Assembly (NCBI GenBank): GCA_000165425.1 | Contig: CT868029.1 | Span: 1-64,000, forward strand | Reading direction: 5' to 3' | Source: Paramecium tetraurelia | Lineage: Eukaryota | Length of the DNA stretch: 64,000 bases | Shown here: positions 39,140 through 52,202 of the stretch, one piece after another | How positions within the stretch are numbered: position 1 is the first letter of the stretch | Layout: the number at the start of each line of letters is the position of its first letter | Notes under the pieces: generated by a model | The model's input: the letters and a program-made list of their open reading frames with translations, nothing else | The model's database searches: none | What the model was told of the DNA's origin: nothing | Program-made: the position numbers and the translations under genes

Positions 39140-40300
39140 TCAAGTGAACATGTAAAAGTTATTGCTATCCACATTCAACTCGTGAAAAATCTATCCAACT
39201 AACTATCTCATCTTAGGAGGACCACAGACCAAGACCAAAGTATGCTTATCGATGGTTCCAAAAGCCCTTTCAATCATAGACCTTGAAACAAATCCAGAAA
39301 ATTGAACCCATGAAGCAAGAGGCTAAGCATAATATTAATATAAAATGGTACCTTGTCCAAAGTGAGGTGCAATTTTATTTTTTTTGAAGCTTCAAAAGCC
39401 TTCAATTCGTTGTATAATAATATATCTTACTAAGTGATAGAATATTAAATATTACTTAAGTTTTATTTGCATAAAGCAATTGCAATTGTGTTTTATCACT
39501 ACTATTATTTGCCACAGCTTGAATAATTTAGTACATGGGGGCTATTCCTGATCCACCAGCAATCATCATTATTCTTTTGTATTTTGCGGTTATTCTCTGT
39601 GGTTTTTAAATTCTAAAAGTGTTTCCACTGCCGAAATAGAAAAAGGAACCTAAAGGACTTTTGATTAAAGCAGAATCTCCTGGCTTAAAAATTAATTATT
39701 TTTTACAATCATTTTTTCAATCCAATAATTGAAACTACTTCGATTTTGTTCATCTTTTTTAATTTTACTTTCATTTTGGTCATCTTTCTCAATTTTACTT
39801 CCATTTTGGTTATCTTTTTCAAATTCACTTCCATTTTGATCATCTTTCTCAATTTTACTTCCTTTTTAGTTATCTTTTTCAAATTCACTAACTTTTTGGT
39901 TATCTTTCTCCAATTCCCTTCCTTTTTGGTTATCTTTCTCCAATTCACTCTAGATCTTAACTAATAATTCGAATTTGCCTTTCTGATCAATTGGGTTGAT
40001 TGGAAAGTACATATTATTCAATTCATATTTATTTGGATGGCTAAGTATTTAAAATTTTTACTGTAAGCTAATATACTATCCTACTTTGATTCCTAAATCA
40101 TTAATTTTTGACGGAAGAGCAAATTTAAGTTTATAGGTATCATGATTTAATTTAGTTTTCTCTATCAATTAACATGTTTGCTCTTCTATTTTCTAACTCT
40201 GTTCCTGAGCACTAAAATTATTGGATTAGTTATAGTTTGCCCAAAGTATTAAAACCAAAATTAGTAGAAGCAGGGAAACTAAAATAACAAAAAAAATCAT
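39140..40300 (-). CDS. NADH-cytochrome b5 reductase-like protein with N-terminal membrane anchor
   Basis: LIEKTKLNHDTYKLKFALP..GIKVGQYI; MIAGGSGIAPMYQII; LLYANKT; VCGPPKM. Confidence 0.9.
39741..39950. repeat. In-frame 30-bp tandem repeat (~7 copies; S-E/K-x-EKD-N/D-Q-K/N-G)
   Basis: Units such as catctttctcaattttacttccattttggt and tatctttttcaaattcacttccattttgat. Confidence 0.95.
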
Positions 40301-40319
40301 ATTAATATTATTTAAGATA

Positions 40320-42369
40320 TCAAATGTAGGATTTAATTTTGGCTTATAGTTAAGGCACACTGTATGGAGATACCTTAGAACCTGATTGTTAAGTTGCACC
40401 AGCTTAATTATATTGGGAATATGATTATTGTTGGTAGTTTTGATGTGTTTGTCTTTATTTGTTTTCATTTTCTTATCTCCTATGTAGATCTTGATATTTA
40501 TTTTCAATTTCGGCCATCTCATGTCGATGTCGTATAATCAACTCATTGATTTCCTTCTCCTTGTGAAATACTTTCTCTTCCAAAAACGATCTTTCCCTAT
40601 CAAACATAGATTTCACTTCTTAAACATATAACTCAGTTTATTAGATTTATTTTAGTAACTACTTATTTTCTGCCGTTAATCTACATAAATGTAATTAATA
40701 TATACCTGTTATTCTCCTCTTATAATTACCTAACCTGGTTGTCCAACTTCGATAATTGTTCCATGGATACTTTGGCATTGGGATCTTCTGCTTACAATTT
40801 CATTATTTTTAAATCTGACAATATACCATTGGGATCTTTTCTTACTTTCCATTTCAATTTATCATTTTCACATTGTAATTATTCATTTTCTACTTCCCTG
40901 AGTTTCAATCTCTTCCTCAACTCCTCAGATTCAGAACATAACACCTTCATTTATTCATATTGCAATTTAAATTGATCTCTTTCAGCCTTAGCATCTTAAG
41001 TAAGTTGTTGCATCTTCGCCAATTCTTCATCATATACACTCTTCTGATTGGTTAGTTTCTAAATCTTTTCTTTTAATGTACTCAAATGCTCCTATTGATC
41101 CTTTTTTCTAAACTCTAGATCATTCTCTATGGTAATTTTCTGATTCTCTAAACTATTGTAGGCTGCCAATAAACTCTTATGTTTTTCATTGACTTCCTTA
41201 TACAGAGTATTTATTTAGTTGAGATCAACACTCAATTGATGATTCAATTTCTGTAATCTTTCGATTGTGCCATCCTTCTCTAAAATAGCCAACTTGTCTT
41301 GAGCTGCAGCTTGAGTTTGTTAAAGATTGATTTTCTGCAATCTTCCGACTTCAGCTTCAAACTGTTTTAGATTCTACTCAAATGTATCTTTAGCTTTGTT
41401 GAGATAATTATTTCTGTTGTCTAATTCTGCACATTGGAATTTAGATTCCTAAAGTTAATCCTTTACAATCAACAACTCAGATCTAGAGGCTTATTTTAAA
41501 TCGTATAATTATTTGTCCAATTGTTCAATCTACATTTTTGACTGACTCAACTATTTATTCAAGTTTCTTATTTCTTGTGAAAGCATATCATTAATACTAG
41601 TTAGCTTAGTGTTTTCAGTTATTAATTTGGTTTTTTCAATATTCTATTCATTCAATTGCATTTATAACTATTAAGCGGATTCTTGATTTCTCACTATTAT
41701 TTCTTCATATTTATTAGCTATTTCCCTCTCCTTTGAGTGTTTTCTACAAGTGTGGCCTTTCTCCCTTCTGGCATCATCATACCCACTTGAGGATTCACTC
41801 TCAGATATCACTTATTTTTAGTATTAGTTTGCTCTTTCTTTCTCTTGAATTGGCTATTGAGGTACTATTGTTTATTGTTTTTGAGACTAATCTGGTTAAT
41901 TGCTTTTCTTTGAATCCTAATTTTCCTTTTATTATGGCTTCTTTTCTGGAATGGCAGTTGTTGGCTTCTCCTGCTTAGGATTTGTCTTTTAAATTGGCTT
42001 CTCTGGTTTGCCTTCCTTTTTTGTCGCTCTACTCTAACGTTCAGGCACAATAGCTTTAATTTCATTTTATTTGATTTATGGTTATAGGATGGGCTTTTCT
42101 TCCTTTTTATTTTCAACTGATTTTGATCGATCTATTTCTGCTGAAGATTTAATGGTATCTGCAAACTAGACATTTTTCTTGGATGAACCTCTTTGTTTTA
42201 GCATCTCATCATCTAATGGCTTTTTGAGGGCAGATTCAAATTATTTAAAGGTTTCATTGGCATTCTAAACTAATTTAAATGCTTCCTTCTGAGGGTCTTA
42301 AGCACTTTGAACGTCTCTGCTTACTTATTCCAGTAATTCCTTTTTTAGTTTCTCTTGATTCTTTGACAT
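40320..42369 (-). CDS. Long coiled-coil protein
   Basis: MSKNQEKLKKELLEQV.., E/K/Q-rich heptads, ..QAKIKSYI*. Confidence 0.8.
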
Positions 42370-42449
42370 TAGATTAACGAATATGTTTAATAATATATTG
42401 AACTAATATAATTAAAGCAATATTTATAAGTATATTATTTAAAATTTAA

Positions 42450-43364
42450 TCAACCTTCTTATACAAATCTACGAATTTATCGCGATTCTTTGTTAAATAA
42501 GTTGTATTCAATCATCTTATCAAAATCAATGTAGTATTTTGAAGTGTTTCTGATAACATTCAGAGTGCTCGTTTTGGTTGAGTTTTTACAGTATTTTTGA
42601 TATGCCTTTTCAAGAGCATCCGTATTGTCCTTGTCGTAATCATTCCATTCGTATGACTTAGGCTATATTTAGTATTGCCACACGATCTCTTTCAAGGCTC
42701 CTCTACTAATTGGTTTTTTCGGTGCCTCCTAATATTGTTTCTCTATGTTTCTCCTTTGAATGTGGTTGATGGTTAGGGTATTGGTATTTTCGAGTGTGTT
42801 TTCCTTGAGATCTACAATGAATCTATGTTGTTGCCAAGTGAATTCGTAAATGGATATGCCAGTCTAACACGCATTTTGATAGAAATTTTCAATTGCATCA
42901 TTGATTGACAGGTGCAAAGGTCTATATTTTCCATCTATACTTTCGAACCAATGGAATTAGGTGTAAGTTAACTTGGAGGCAGACGGTTGCTGTGAAATCT
43001 AGGCTTTGTGGTGCTGCTTCAGGAGTGTTCTGCCCAAAGGTACATCCAAATAAATCTGTCTGGATTTTCCATTTAGAGTGTTGATCAACCTCAAATTTTT
43101 CAGGTCGATGCAGTGTCCTCCGGTTTCAGCGAAGCGGACATAAATGAGGTCTTTGCCTGCTTCGATGCCTTGGAGAATGGAGAGGCTTAATTCATCCGTT
43201 ACTTGTTAGACAGTTGTGGGGGTAATGTCAATATAAAACTCTTATAGTTAATTGGGGTCGATTGACTTTTGGGCCTGGGCTGATTTCTTATATTCTAAAT
43301 TATAAGGGTAATCATCTTGAGAATATTTAAATTAATATTTAGGATAGGGACCTATTTTTCTCAT
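42450..43364 (-). CDS. Protein with tandem WWE-like domains (up to three)
   Basis: VWQYQIQPKSYEWNDYDKDNTDALEKAY..YYIDFDKMIEYNLFNKESRQIRR; FHWFESIDGKYRPLHLSINDAIENFY..FIVDLKENTLENTNTLTINHIQRR; intronless 304 aa. Confidence 0.8.
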
Positions 43365-43411
43365 TTTCAGAAAAATTGTTAATAAAGTAAAAATTAATAA
43401 ATTTCATTTTT

Positions 43412-44804
43412 ATGATGATGAATTAATTGTCTTTAATATTATTCATCTCCATTTTGGGAGTGAATGGTTATATTTAGACTGAGAGGTGGTTTGAACACTA
43501 ATTGATCGATCATTACGATAGAACTAACACATAGACCTTCAGATAAAGATATTGGACAGTCGAGGAGTACTTCTAGCCGGAAGGAGGGGCAGTATTATTT
43601 TGGATCTGCGGAGAGTACACATGTAATTTACAGTATTTATGACAATCAAAGGTCCAGGAATTCGAAAGGAGAGACTCTTTCCAGTGGAATTAGCGTAGAC
43701 TCATAAGGCATTGATTGTAGTGTTAGAGCATAGATACTACGGTAAGAGTATGCCATTCGATGAAGATGCCTTAAGGTTAGAGAATTTAAAGTAAATTGAA
43801 ATATTAATGAAAGATACCTAGGTATAAGACAAGCATTGGATGATTTGGCTTATTTTTAATTGCATATTGTGTAAGGTAAGTTTTTTGGAGTCAGGGAAAG
43901 TCATCCTTGGATTGCAATTGGAGGTTCATACCCTGGGGCAATGGCTGCCTGGTACAGATATCAATACCCTCATTTGGTAGTGGGTGCATTGGCGTCATCT
44001 GCAGTAGTATAAATACTTACGGATTTTCCTAAATTTGATACCTAAGTTTATTTAAGTGCCTTGAAGTCAGGATAGTAGTGTGCTGATGATTTAAAGGCTT
44101 TGAATTAATATGCAGAAGACAATCTGGATGTAATAAGAGCAAGATTGAATGCACAAAAGTTGAAGGATGACGAGTTCTTATTTTATTTTACAGATGCTAT
44201 CATTTTAAAAATTCAATACGGGGGAAGAACCAAATTATGTAATGATCTGAAGGGGAAGACGATCGAAGAATAGATGGACTATTTTATCAGCAGGACTCTA
44301 GTTGAGGAAAATCCAGAATCATATGGATCATATTATTTGAAGGATGACGTCTACGATGAACATAATCTGAGATCATCGAGACAGTGGAAATATCAATGTT
44401 GCACAGAGGTTGGCTGGTGGTAAACTGCCCCTGAGTAGGACTCTTTAAGGTCTGATAGATTAGATTTAGAGTTTTATAGATAATATTGTAAGGATATTTT
44501 CGGAGAGGAATTGAAGTTATGGCCAGATGAGGATCTAGGAAATGCTTATTTCGGAGGATTTGATTTGCAGGTTGATAATATCATCTTTACCAATGGAGAT
44601 GAGGATCCATGGAAATGGGTGAGTATCATAGAGGAAAAAGGCAAGTTCAATGTCTATCACATCAATTGTGCTAATGCTGGACATTGTGTGGAATTGTATA
44701 CGCCTACTGATCAAGATTGCGATCAATTGAAATAGGCTAGGATTGAAATCTCCTAAATATTTGGAAATTGGATCAGAGAACACTATTCAAAATAAGAATT
44801 ATGA
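43412..44804 (+). CDS. Serine peptidase family S28 (PRCP/DPP7-like), secreted/lysosomal
   Basis: Signal peptide; QLIDHYD..FRQRYW; LEHRYYGKSMP; GGSYPGAMAAW; NGDEDPW; GHCVEL; two introns. Confidence 0.92.
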
Positions 44805-44856
44805 ATATTTATATCAATCTAACAGTATTAAAATTAAATAATTTGTATTTTGTTAT

Positions 44857-46146
44857 ATGAATACCAAAGATTACAGTATTTATGGGAATGTATTTCATAG
44901 TTCATAGAATGCTATACTTAAGCCAACTCAAGAAGGATTATTTGGAACAATGTCTATCCAAAGAATAGGAGCCAGATTACGAGTTGATCCACGTGATTTC
45001 CATCATCGAATCAAATTAGAACTCAAATCTAGACTTGACTCTGGTCAAAGCAACCTCCCTGCAATTGATTCTGCCATTGCTTAAGGTAAATTGTGCTATT
45101 ATCGATCAAGGCAGTGTCAAAATCAAATTGACTAAATTACCATTACATCCCAACAAGCCCAATAATTGAAGGACGTCCTTCCTTAGTTCATCGAAGAAAG
45201 CAATCTCGACATCCAGATACGTAAGAAGATTCCTCAATTGGATCTAAATCAAATCAATTCGTCCACCAGCAATTTGATTCAATCATCTTAGAGATAAAAC
45301 AAACTACAAAAATCCCCATCATAATATCAATTCAACACTGATCGCTTGTAAAATCCACAAAGCACAACAAGAATCAAAAAATAATTATTACCAACTACCT
45401 TGACCCAATAGACTCAGCCTAAATCCCCCAATACCAAAATAGTCAATGTCAAATTGAAAAAATAACACACTGAAGTAGTGGGAAAATCATTAACACACAA
45501 GAAAAGATTACAATTATAATCACATGAAGATTTAAATAGGAAGGTTAGTTCTCACAGTTTCACCAAACACAAAAATACAAGCAGTTCACCAATCAACGAA
45601 ACAACCAGCATCCAAAGACAAGTCAGCCAATATGCCACTGGCTAACACCAATTAAAAACCACTTCTTCAGGGGCCAACATTCAAATCAAAGCCTTATTGG
45701 AATCCTAACAGAGTCAAAAAACACTCAATACCACTATAGGCCCCAATGATCAAAATACCGATATTTCAATCCATCTGAAGAATCTAATCAGCTTTTGCAA
45801 TCAATCCATATTAAAAAAGAATCAGGAGTGTTACAGTTCAAAAAAGGATTTATCAACTCAACAAACCAATTCCAGCATCCTATAACTGAAGGAAAACAAA
45901 GAGAATACTTAGCCAATCAAAAAATCTACTCCTTTATTAAAAGCAACAGAACATACCATGATTAAGTTGACTGAATTGTCAGAGGAAGACAACCCTGAAA
46001 CAGCCAGATTCAATTCAGATGATGATGTCAGAAAGCTGACTAATTTCAATAGTAAAGGATTACAAAAATTACTCTAATCTAAGACGAATCAATTATCAGA
46101 ATAGAGCTCAACATAGTCATTACTTTCATTATTTTAAAGAAAATGA
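44857..46146 (+). CDS. Hypothetical S/Q/T-rich protein
   Basis: 429-aa open frame in the ciliate code. Confidence 0.75.
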
Positions 46147-46178
46147 TTATATTTATCAATTAATATTTCATAATTAAA

Positions 46179-47552
46179 ATGCTAAGAAAATTATTAGTGC
46201 TAAAATTGTGCAATCGATTTTGTTTTGCCAAATTCTACTAATTCTCAAAGTTAGATCACTTCTTCGAAAAATTTGAGATGGATAAATTTGATTCCGATAC
46301 TTAATTTACTCCCACAAATGGCAACTTCAAATTTTCAAAAATACTTGAATCCTTGGAAAAAGGCAAATAGTCTCTTTTCAATTCCAGTCTCAATGATTAC
46401 CTGACGACTCAAACTATTAACTTTGAATAATTGTTGGCATTACTTGTGGCCCTACATCAAACTAACATCTTTTGCAACAAATCCAACAAAGAAATTCTCT
46501 TGAAATACATTAATTCAAATTTGAACACTATTAACATCGGAGTCCTTCAAATGATCTCCCATAGTTTGTCTTTAGGCATTGCTGATCAATAGACATTAAG
46601 TTTATATTTTTAGCATTTTCTCAAATGCAATTTGAAGAGATTTAACCACATTCAACAATTTGACATGATATTCATCATTTCCCAGGCTGTTTTGAAATAT
46701 CAAGTGAATCTAGACAACTCTGAATTCGCTAATTAATGGAAATTACTCCTTTAATTACTTCTGCCACATTTGGAAACTAAAAAGGATTGGTTGGTCAAGA
46801 AATTTCCACATCTGGCCTTCATCATCAAAAGTGCCGGCAAAGACGATGCGTAGAGCTTCTTTATTGAGGATTTGATAAACTTGTTTAAGGCCATGACTAG
46901 CAAATTCAATCAATAAGCAGAACTCATTTATAAATTGGATTCAAAGGAAATCACTATATTATTATCAAGTGTGATAAAGATCAGAGACAGGTATTTAACA
47001 TAGGAACTCAACATTCTAATTGATAATTTGATAAAGTACCTGATTAGATATGATTTCTCTAAGTTCAATGATTCCTCCTTGCAATCCTTAGCCCTATCAA
47101 TAACTCACTTCCCATCCTATTAATCGCAGTTCTATGAGTTATTAGTAGATTAGATTGAATAGCGAAAGCAGAAGGGCAAGTTCAATACAAAGCAACATAT
47201 ATCTATAATATTTGAATTGAGTATTAAATGGAAGAATAAGGGGAGCAATGTAAAATTAGTTAATGTGATCTAAAGTCTATCGGTCATTGAATAATCAGAT
47301 TATGATCTTGCCCATTATTTTCAGATCCTGACGACATTGCCTCTAGAATATATAATTGACTTATTGAAATCGATTGAATTTGTAAATAGAAATAGTTATT
47401 GCAATAGGATTTGATTCAGCGAAATGAAAAAATTGCCCAAGATTAAAACTATAAGAAGGACTCTATCTCAGTTGAAAGAATGTAGAAATCTCTTCTGAAA
47501 ATTGAGGGATAAGTAAAGCAACAAATTTTATCCTCTGTTAATCTGTAATTGA
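46179..47552 (+). CDS. Hypothetical helical protein with possible mitochondrial presequence
   Basis: MLRKLLVLKLCNRFCFAKFYQFSKL; start and TGA in the same frame (457 aa). Confidence 0.7.
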
Positions 47553-47611
47553 TATAGAAAATTTAGAATTTGTTAAAATGATTATTGATTATAATTATTA
47601 ATTATTTCTAA

Positions 47612-48145
47612 ATGCAACAACAAACAGTGGAAGACCTGGCAGAAAAAGAGGCTGAAATCAAAGAAGCATTCGAAATATTCGATAAGAATAAATCCAAAAG
47701 TATTTCTGGTAAGAAACCCCCTATTCATTATCAAATAGTTTAGGAATTGACTTCGGTTTTCCGTTCTCTGGGTTACAATTTCTCGCAAGATGAAATCTAG
47801 TCAATGGTCAAGGAGTTGAGACAAAACTAGAAGGCTGAGGGGGCAGAAGATAAGGAATTAGATTTTGATGATTTTAAGAACCTATTATTGATGCAGGAGG
47901 AGAAGGCTAAAAGTGGTGAGGATGATTTGAGAGACGCCTTTGAAGTATTTGACAGAGATGCAAATGGCTATATCGGTTTGGAGGAATTGATGATGGTAGC
48001 AAAGAGTTTAGGTGAGAACATCTCGGAAGACGATTTAAAAGGTATGTTATAATATGCAGCCAATACATCGAATCAAAAGGACGACGACAAGGACAAAGCA
48101 CCACAGATTAATTTGCAATAATTCGTTGAAGCATATTTAAAATGA
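47612..48145 (+). CDS. Calmodulin-like EF-hand protein
   Basis: EIKEAFEIFDKNKSKSISVQEL..LG; DLRDAFEVFDRDANGYIGLEELMMVAKSLGE; EF2 and EF4 degenerate; one intron. Confidence 0.9.
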
Positions 48146-48185
48146 AAGCATATAATAATAATTCTATTCATATTAAAATTTATAA

Positions 48186-48950
48186 ATGAAAAGTCCATAA
48201 CATTAAGAATAATTCAAATAAGTGAAGCAGAATCCCTTAAATAATTCAAAAAGTAAACAATTATACACCTTCCCCAAATCTCCAAGATTCAATTACAAGG
48301 AATAAAGAGAGTAAAACATGCAAATAGCAAATTAGTAACTCGCCATCCTTTTATTCAATCAAAACTGATCTCGTTTCCCCTAATAAAGGAGTCTCTTTTG
48401 GATCTGGCACCAAAGTTGATTTCTCCAAATTGGGAACTAAAACTCCAGGTCCAGGATAATACCAAGTCTAACAGCAAAAGATTAATCAAGTTACTAATTT
48501 AAAAAAACATACCATGGGAGTTGGTAGAACATAGACAAAACAGAAAAGTGAAGTACCTCCTGTTGGGGTTTATGAAGTCGCCCAAAATTTAGTCTAAGTT
48601 AATAAGGCTCCACATTTCGGATTAAAATTATAACCAAGTATATGATAATTATTATTTTAGAGAATGAAACATGCTCTCCTGGACCTGGAAAGTATGACAT
48701 TTAAGTGAAAGAACATTCTAAATCATTCGTTGCTGGATTTGGTTCTGGAAGATCAGGTCAGACTACTGACGATACTCCTGGACCTTAAGAATATAGACCC
48801 AGAACTGAAATGTCTCCTAAATATACAAATTCAAATTGGACTAATTGCCAAACAGCTAAGTTTTCAAAGGTCTAACGTTTTGGAAGTAACAAAACTATCA
48901 CACCTGGACCTGGAAACTATTAAATAGCTGGAGAATTTGGAATATACTGA
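48186..48950 (+). CDS. SHIPPO/PG-rich repeat (ODF3-like) ciliary protein
   Basis: TPGPGQY, PPVGVY, SPGPGKY, TPGPQEY, SPGPGNYQIAGEFG; one intron. Confidence 0.85.
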
Positions 48951-49403
48951 CATATATGAATATTTATAAAGTATATTAGAGAGTAAAGAAAAACGATGAC
49001 ATTTCAATTGATCTACTTTAGCTTGTTGGTTCCCATAATTTTATTTTCATCATTGATAAATCAGTAAATCATATGCTTTTTAATTTGTGTTTGTCTAAAA
49101 TAAGAAAATTCATATAAGCAAATTTCTGTCTTGCTTTTTGTTTAGTTACTATGAAAGGATAAAGAATTAAAGATATAATTATTAAATACCAATTCCTTCA
49201 GGTATTCTAAAATATATCATAAATAGTATAAATAAAATATCAAATATTTGATAGATTCTTTTATTATCTAATAATGTTACAACTATAGGTAGGCTTTAGA
49301 TATAATGTTAAATTATAATTCTTTTTATTTTGAGTCACTAATCTTAAAAATAATAAGAAATAGTAATATAATTAATTATCAAACTTTTATTATTATATAA
49401 TGG

Positions 49404-49978
49404 TCAAACAAACTTTATTTGATTTGCGTACACTTTTTTTTGTAATTTCTAAAATAAAATTCTATATAGTAATAATTACATGAAGTCTATGTGTGTATTC
49501 ATTGTGAATCTATTCCTTTTAAATTGTTGTTTCAATGCGCAATTTTTATTTGTCTTTATGTTCTTATTCTTTCATGATCTTAATTTTTTCTGCTCTTTCA
49601 ATCTTTGACTCAAATTTCTTCAATTTTTCTGTTTCTATTCTTTTTAATTGCCTTTTTTGATTGGAAATCCACCTCTCATATGCTTCCTGCTCTAGCTCTA
49701 TTTTAGGTCTAAATGTACAAGACTCTCTCTTACCTTGTACGAATAGTATCACTTTCCTATGATTTAAATCTATGCTCATTTTATTGGTGCTTCACAACAG
49801 ACATTTGGCTCTATTTTAATTTCTGTAGTTATCTATCAGTAATCAATTACATCCTTTCACAAGATCTTAACACAAGTTAACTTTTTTGTAGTTCTTTTTC
49901 TCGGATGTGTCTTTCATATGCTAGAGCTTATTATATCTCTTATTGTTATTTCTTCTTAAACAAAGATAAAGAATCCAT
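49404..49978 (-). CDS. Hypothetical coiled-coil protein
   Basis: MDSLSLFKKKQQQE..ELEQEAYERWISNQKRQLKRIETEK; two inferred introns; 3' end uncertain. Confidence 0.6.
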
Positions 49979-50519
49979 TAATTTACTATTATAATTAATA
50001 ATTGTATATAAATAAGTATGTATAGTATAACTAAAATGAATAATATCGAGAATGATAATATCAAAATTATTTAAATATAACAAATTCTTGGATCTAAAAA
50101 ACAATCATTATCAAACACAATAATCAAATTATTAGATCATTAAATTATTAATTTTGATTCTTAATAAAAAAATTTTATATTTGTTAAAAATATAAAAATT
50201 AAAGTTAGCCAGATTGTTCTTCATTATAACCTTCATCAATGAGGTTTATATCAAAATAATTTAATAAGTTGGCAATAGTCCCTCTAATCCATTAGATTAC
50301 TTCTAATTTAAGATATGAAAATATTTTGTATGATATAAATATTTAAAACAATATAAATATAATACAATCAATTCAGTCAAGAAGCCCTTCCAAATATTGG
50401 TTACAATTTTATCTATAACACCAATCGCTCTCATCATTAGAGTTACAACAAAAGTTATATAACTAAGGACGGGAGTCTTCATAATTGGAGAAGTACTCAA
50501 AGTGGCAGGGATCTGTGGG

Positions 50520-51123
50520 TCATAATAATTCGTTACTTAATTGAGACTTGATTTCTGGTGTGTAATACTATTGGGCTTAGCTAGCGAATGTGATGTTTTC
50601 AGTGTCTAAATTTATTATGATGAAAAATTACTGATTCTCTTCTTATTTTTCTTGTTTCTCTTTTACCCAGCTAAGGTAAATGGATTAAATTTTTGATGAT
50701 GAGATCTTTTATACGATTAATTTTTATACCTGCATTGAGATGGCGATCTAGTCCCAATTGTCATTGACATGAGTTTGAAGATTTTATTATTTTTTCTGTT
50801 TTGTTGATTTTGCATGGTTGTATTATGATGTTGTTTGAGGAACTCAACATAAACTTGATGTTCTTGAGTAGACCAATGGCCTTGATTTTTTTTCATATTT
50901 TGAGGTTGATCTTTGCTGATTTTCTTTTTGGTACCTTAAGACTTCTTGCTTCCTTCCTATTTAAGGTAGGTAGACTTCTTACGTTTTAAGTGAATGACAT
51001 CTCCCCCTAATTATTAGTTCCTTAACTGCTAGATGAGTCACTTAATTCATTTTATCTGGGAAATTCATTTCCAAGAGGAAGGAATGATTATGGTAGCAAG
51101 TGTAAGACACAGCTGTCCTCCAT
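50520..51123 (-). CDS. Myb-like (SHAQKY-class) DNA-binding protein
   Basis: GHWSTQEHQVYVEFL..KIFKLMSMTIGTRSPSQCRSHHQKF; three short introns; TGA at 50520 (frame stays open to 50373). Confidence 0.85.
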
Positions 51124-51502
51124 TATTGGTATTAAAATTAATAATATATTTACCCTCTAAATATTACCGTCATAAGCCGTATTATAATATAATAATTTTC
51201 ATCCCCCCATAAATTTTGTTTTGTATAATTTTATAATACTATAAATAAATACTTTTACAGGATTTACTCCCTCCTTATTAGTCTAAACTAATTCTATTAA
51301 TATTGTAGAAAAGTTTAAAGAAAGTCAAATTTTTGTTATTAAAAATGTTTGATTCACTCAAATTTTATCAATTCACTTAAGTTAACCTACAAAACCAATC
51401 CTTTAAAATTCAATATATAATATATGATATTTTAAAACAGTACTATATATATATACATTATTTTAATATTAAGGAAAAATTTTGATTATAAAATTATATA
51501 TG

Positions 51503-52091
51503 TCATTATAATTTTAATTCATCAAGCTCCTCTTTATTGTAAGTAGAATTATAAAATTTGCTGATATATTTAAGATGGTTTTTGACGTCTTATATTTTCT
51601 CGCTTATCATGAGATCATGGATAATTTGAAATCCGGAGAAGTACTATCTCGATAACTCTGCTGCTGTTTTATCGTTGAAGAGTTTAGTGAAATCTTATCT
51701 GGAGAAGTTTTTTTTGTTCTCCCCATTGTTTAAAAAGAGTCTGATGGCTTCGTTTTCTCTCCATTTAGTGCCTAAATTGAAACTTAAATAGAATACTTAA
51801 ATATTTTTTCAACAGTACTCCAAAATTTTTTGGAATATTTTTTGTTTCTGATTTATAAACGTGGTTTTTATCCTTTTTCTTTTGTATCTTGCCTCTCTTG
51901 TTTACGCTGTTAATTTAGGAGGATTCATAATAATCTTCTGTGGAAAATTATTATCGATGAATTTCCTCTTTTAAGATTTCCTATTCGTCTTCAACTGTAT
52001 TGTCTTACTTTACATATTTTTTGAAGGAGGAATTGGGATTGATGTAATCCTTGGAGGAGAATTTATATTTTTGATTTTCTTGTTAAATCAT
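51503..52091 (-). CDS. Hypothetical ciliate-family protein (TKNIPKNF motif)
   Basis: TKNIPKNFGVLLKKYL..IIHDLMISEKIQDVKNHLKYISKFY; internal introns not fully resolved. Confidence 0.7.
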
Positions 52092-52202
52092 TTTGAATTA
52101 ATATAATTCAATTATATTAGTTTACCAAATAATTCTATGAATGCCTAATAATTTATAAAACAGTATCTTAAATTAGATAAAAATTATACATAAAATTCAT
52201 AA

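Noticed and set aside
39709..39964. Repeat array as CRISPR; ORF-track ORFs 39709-39948 and 39746-39964
   Set aside because: Contiguous degenerate 30-bp units with no spacers; the listed ORFs are off-frame or antisense shadows of the reductase insertion
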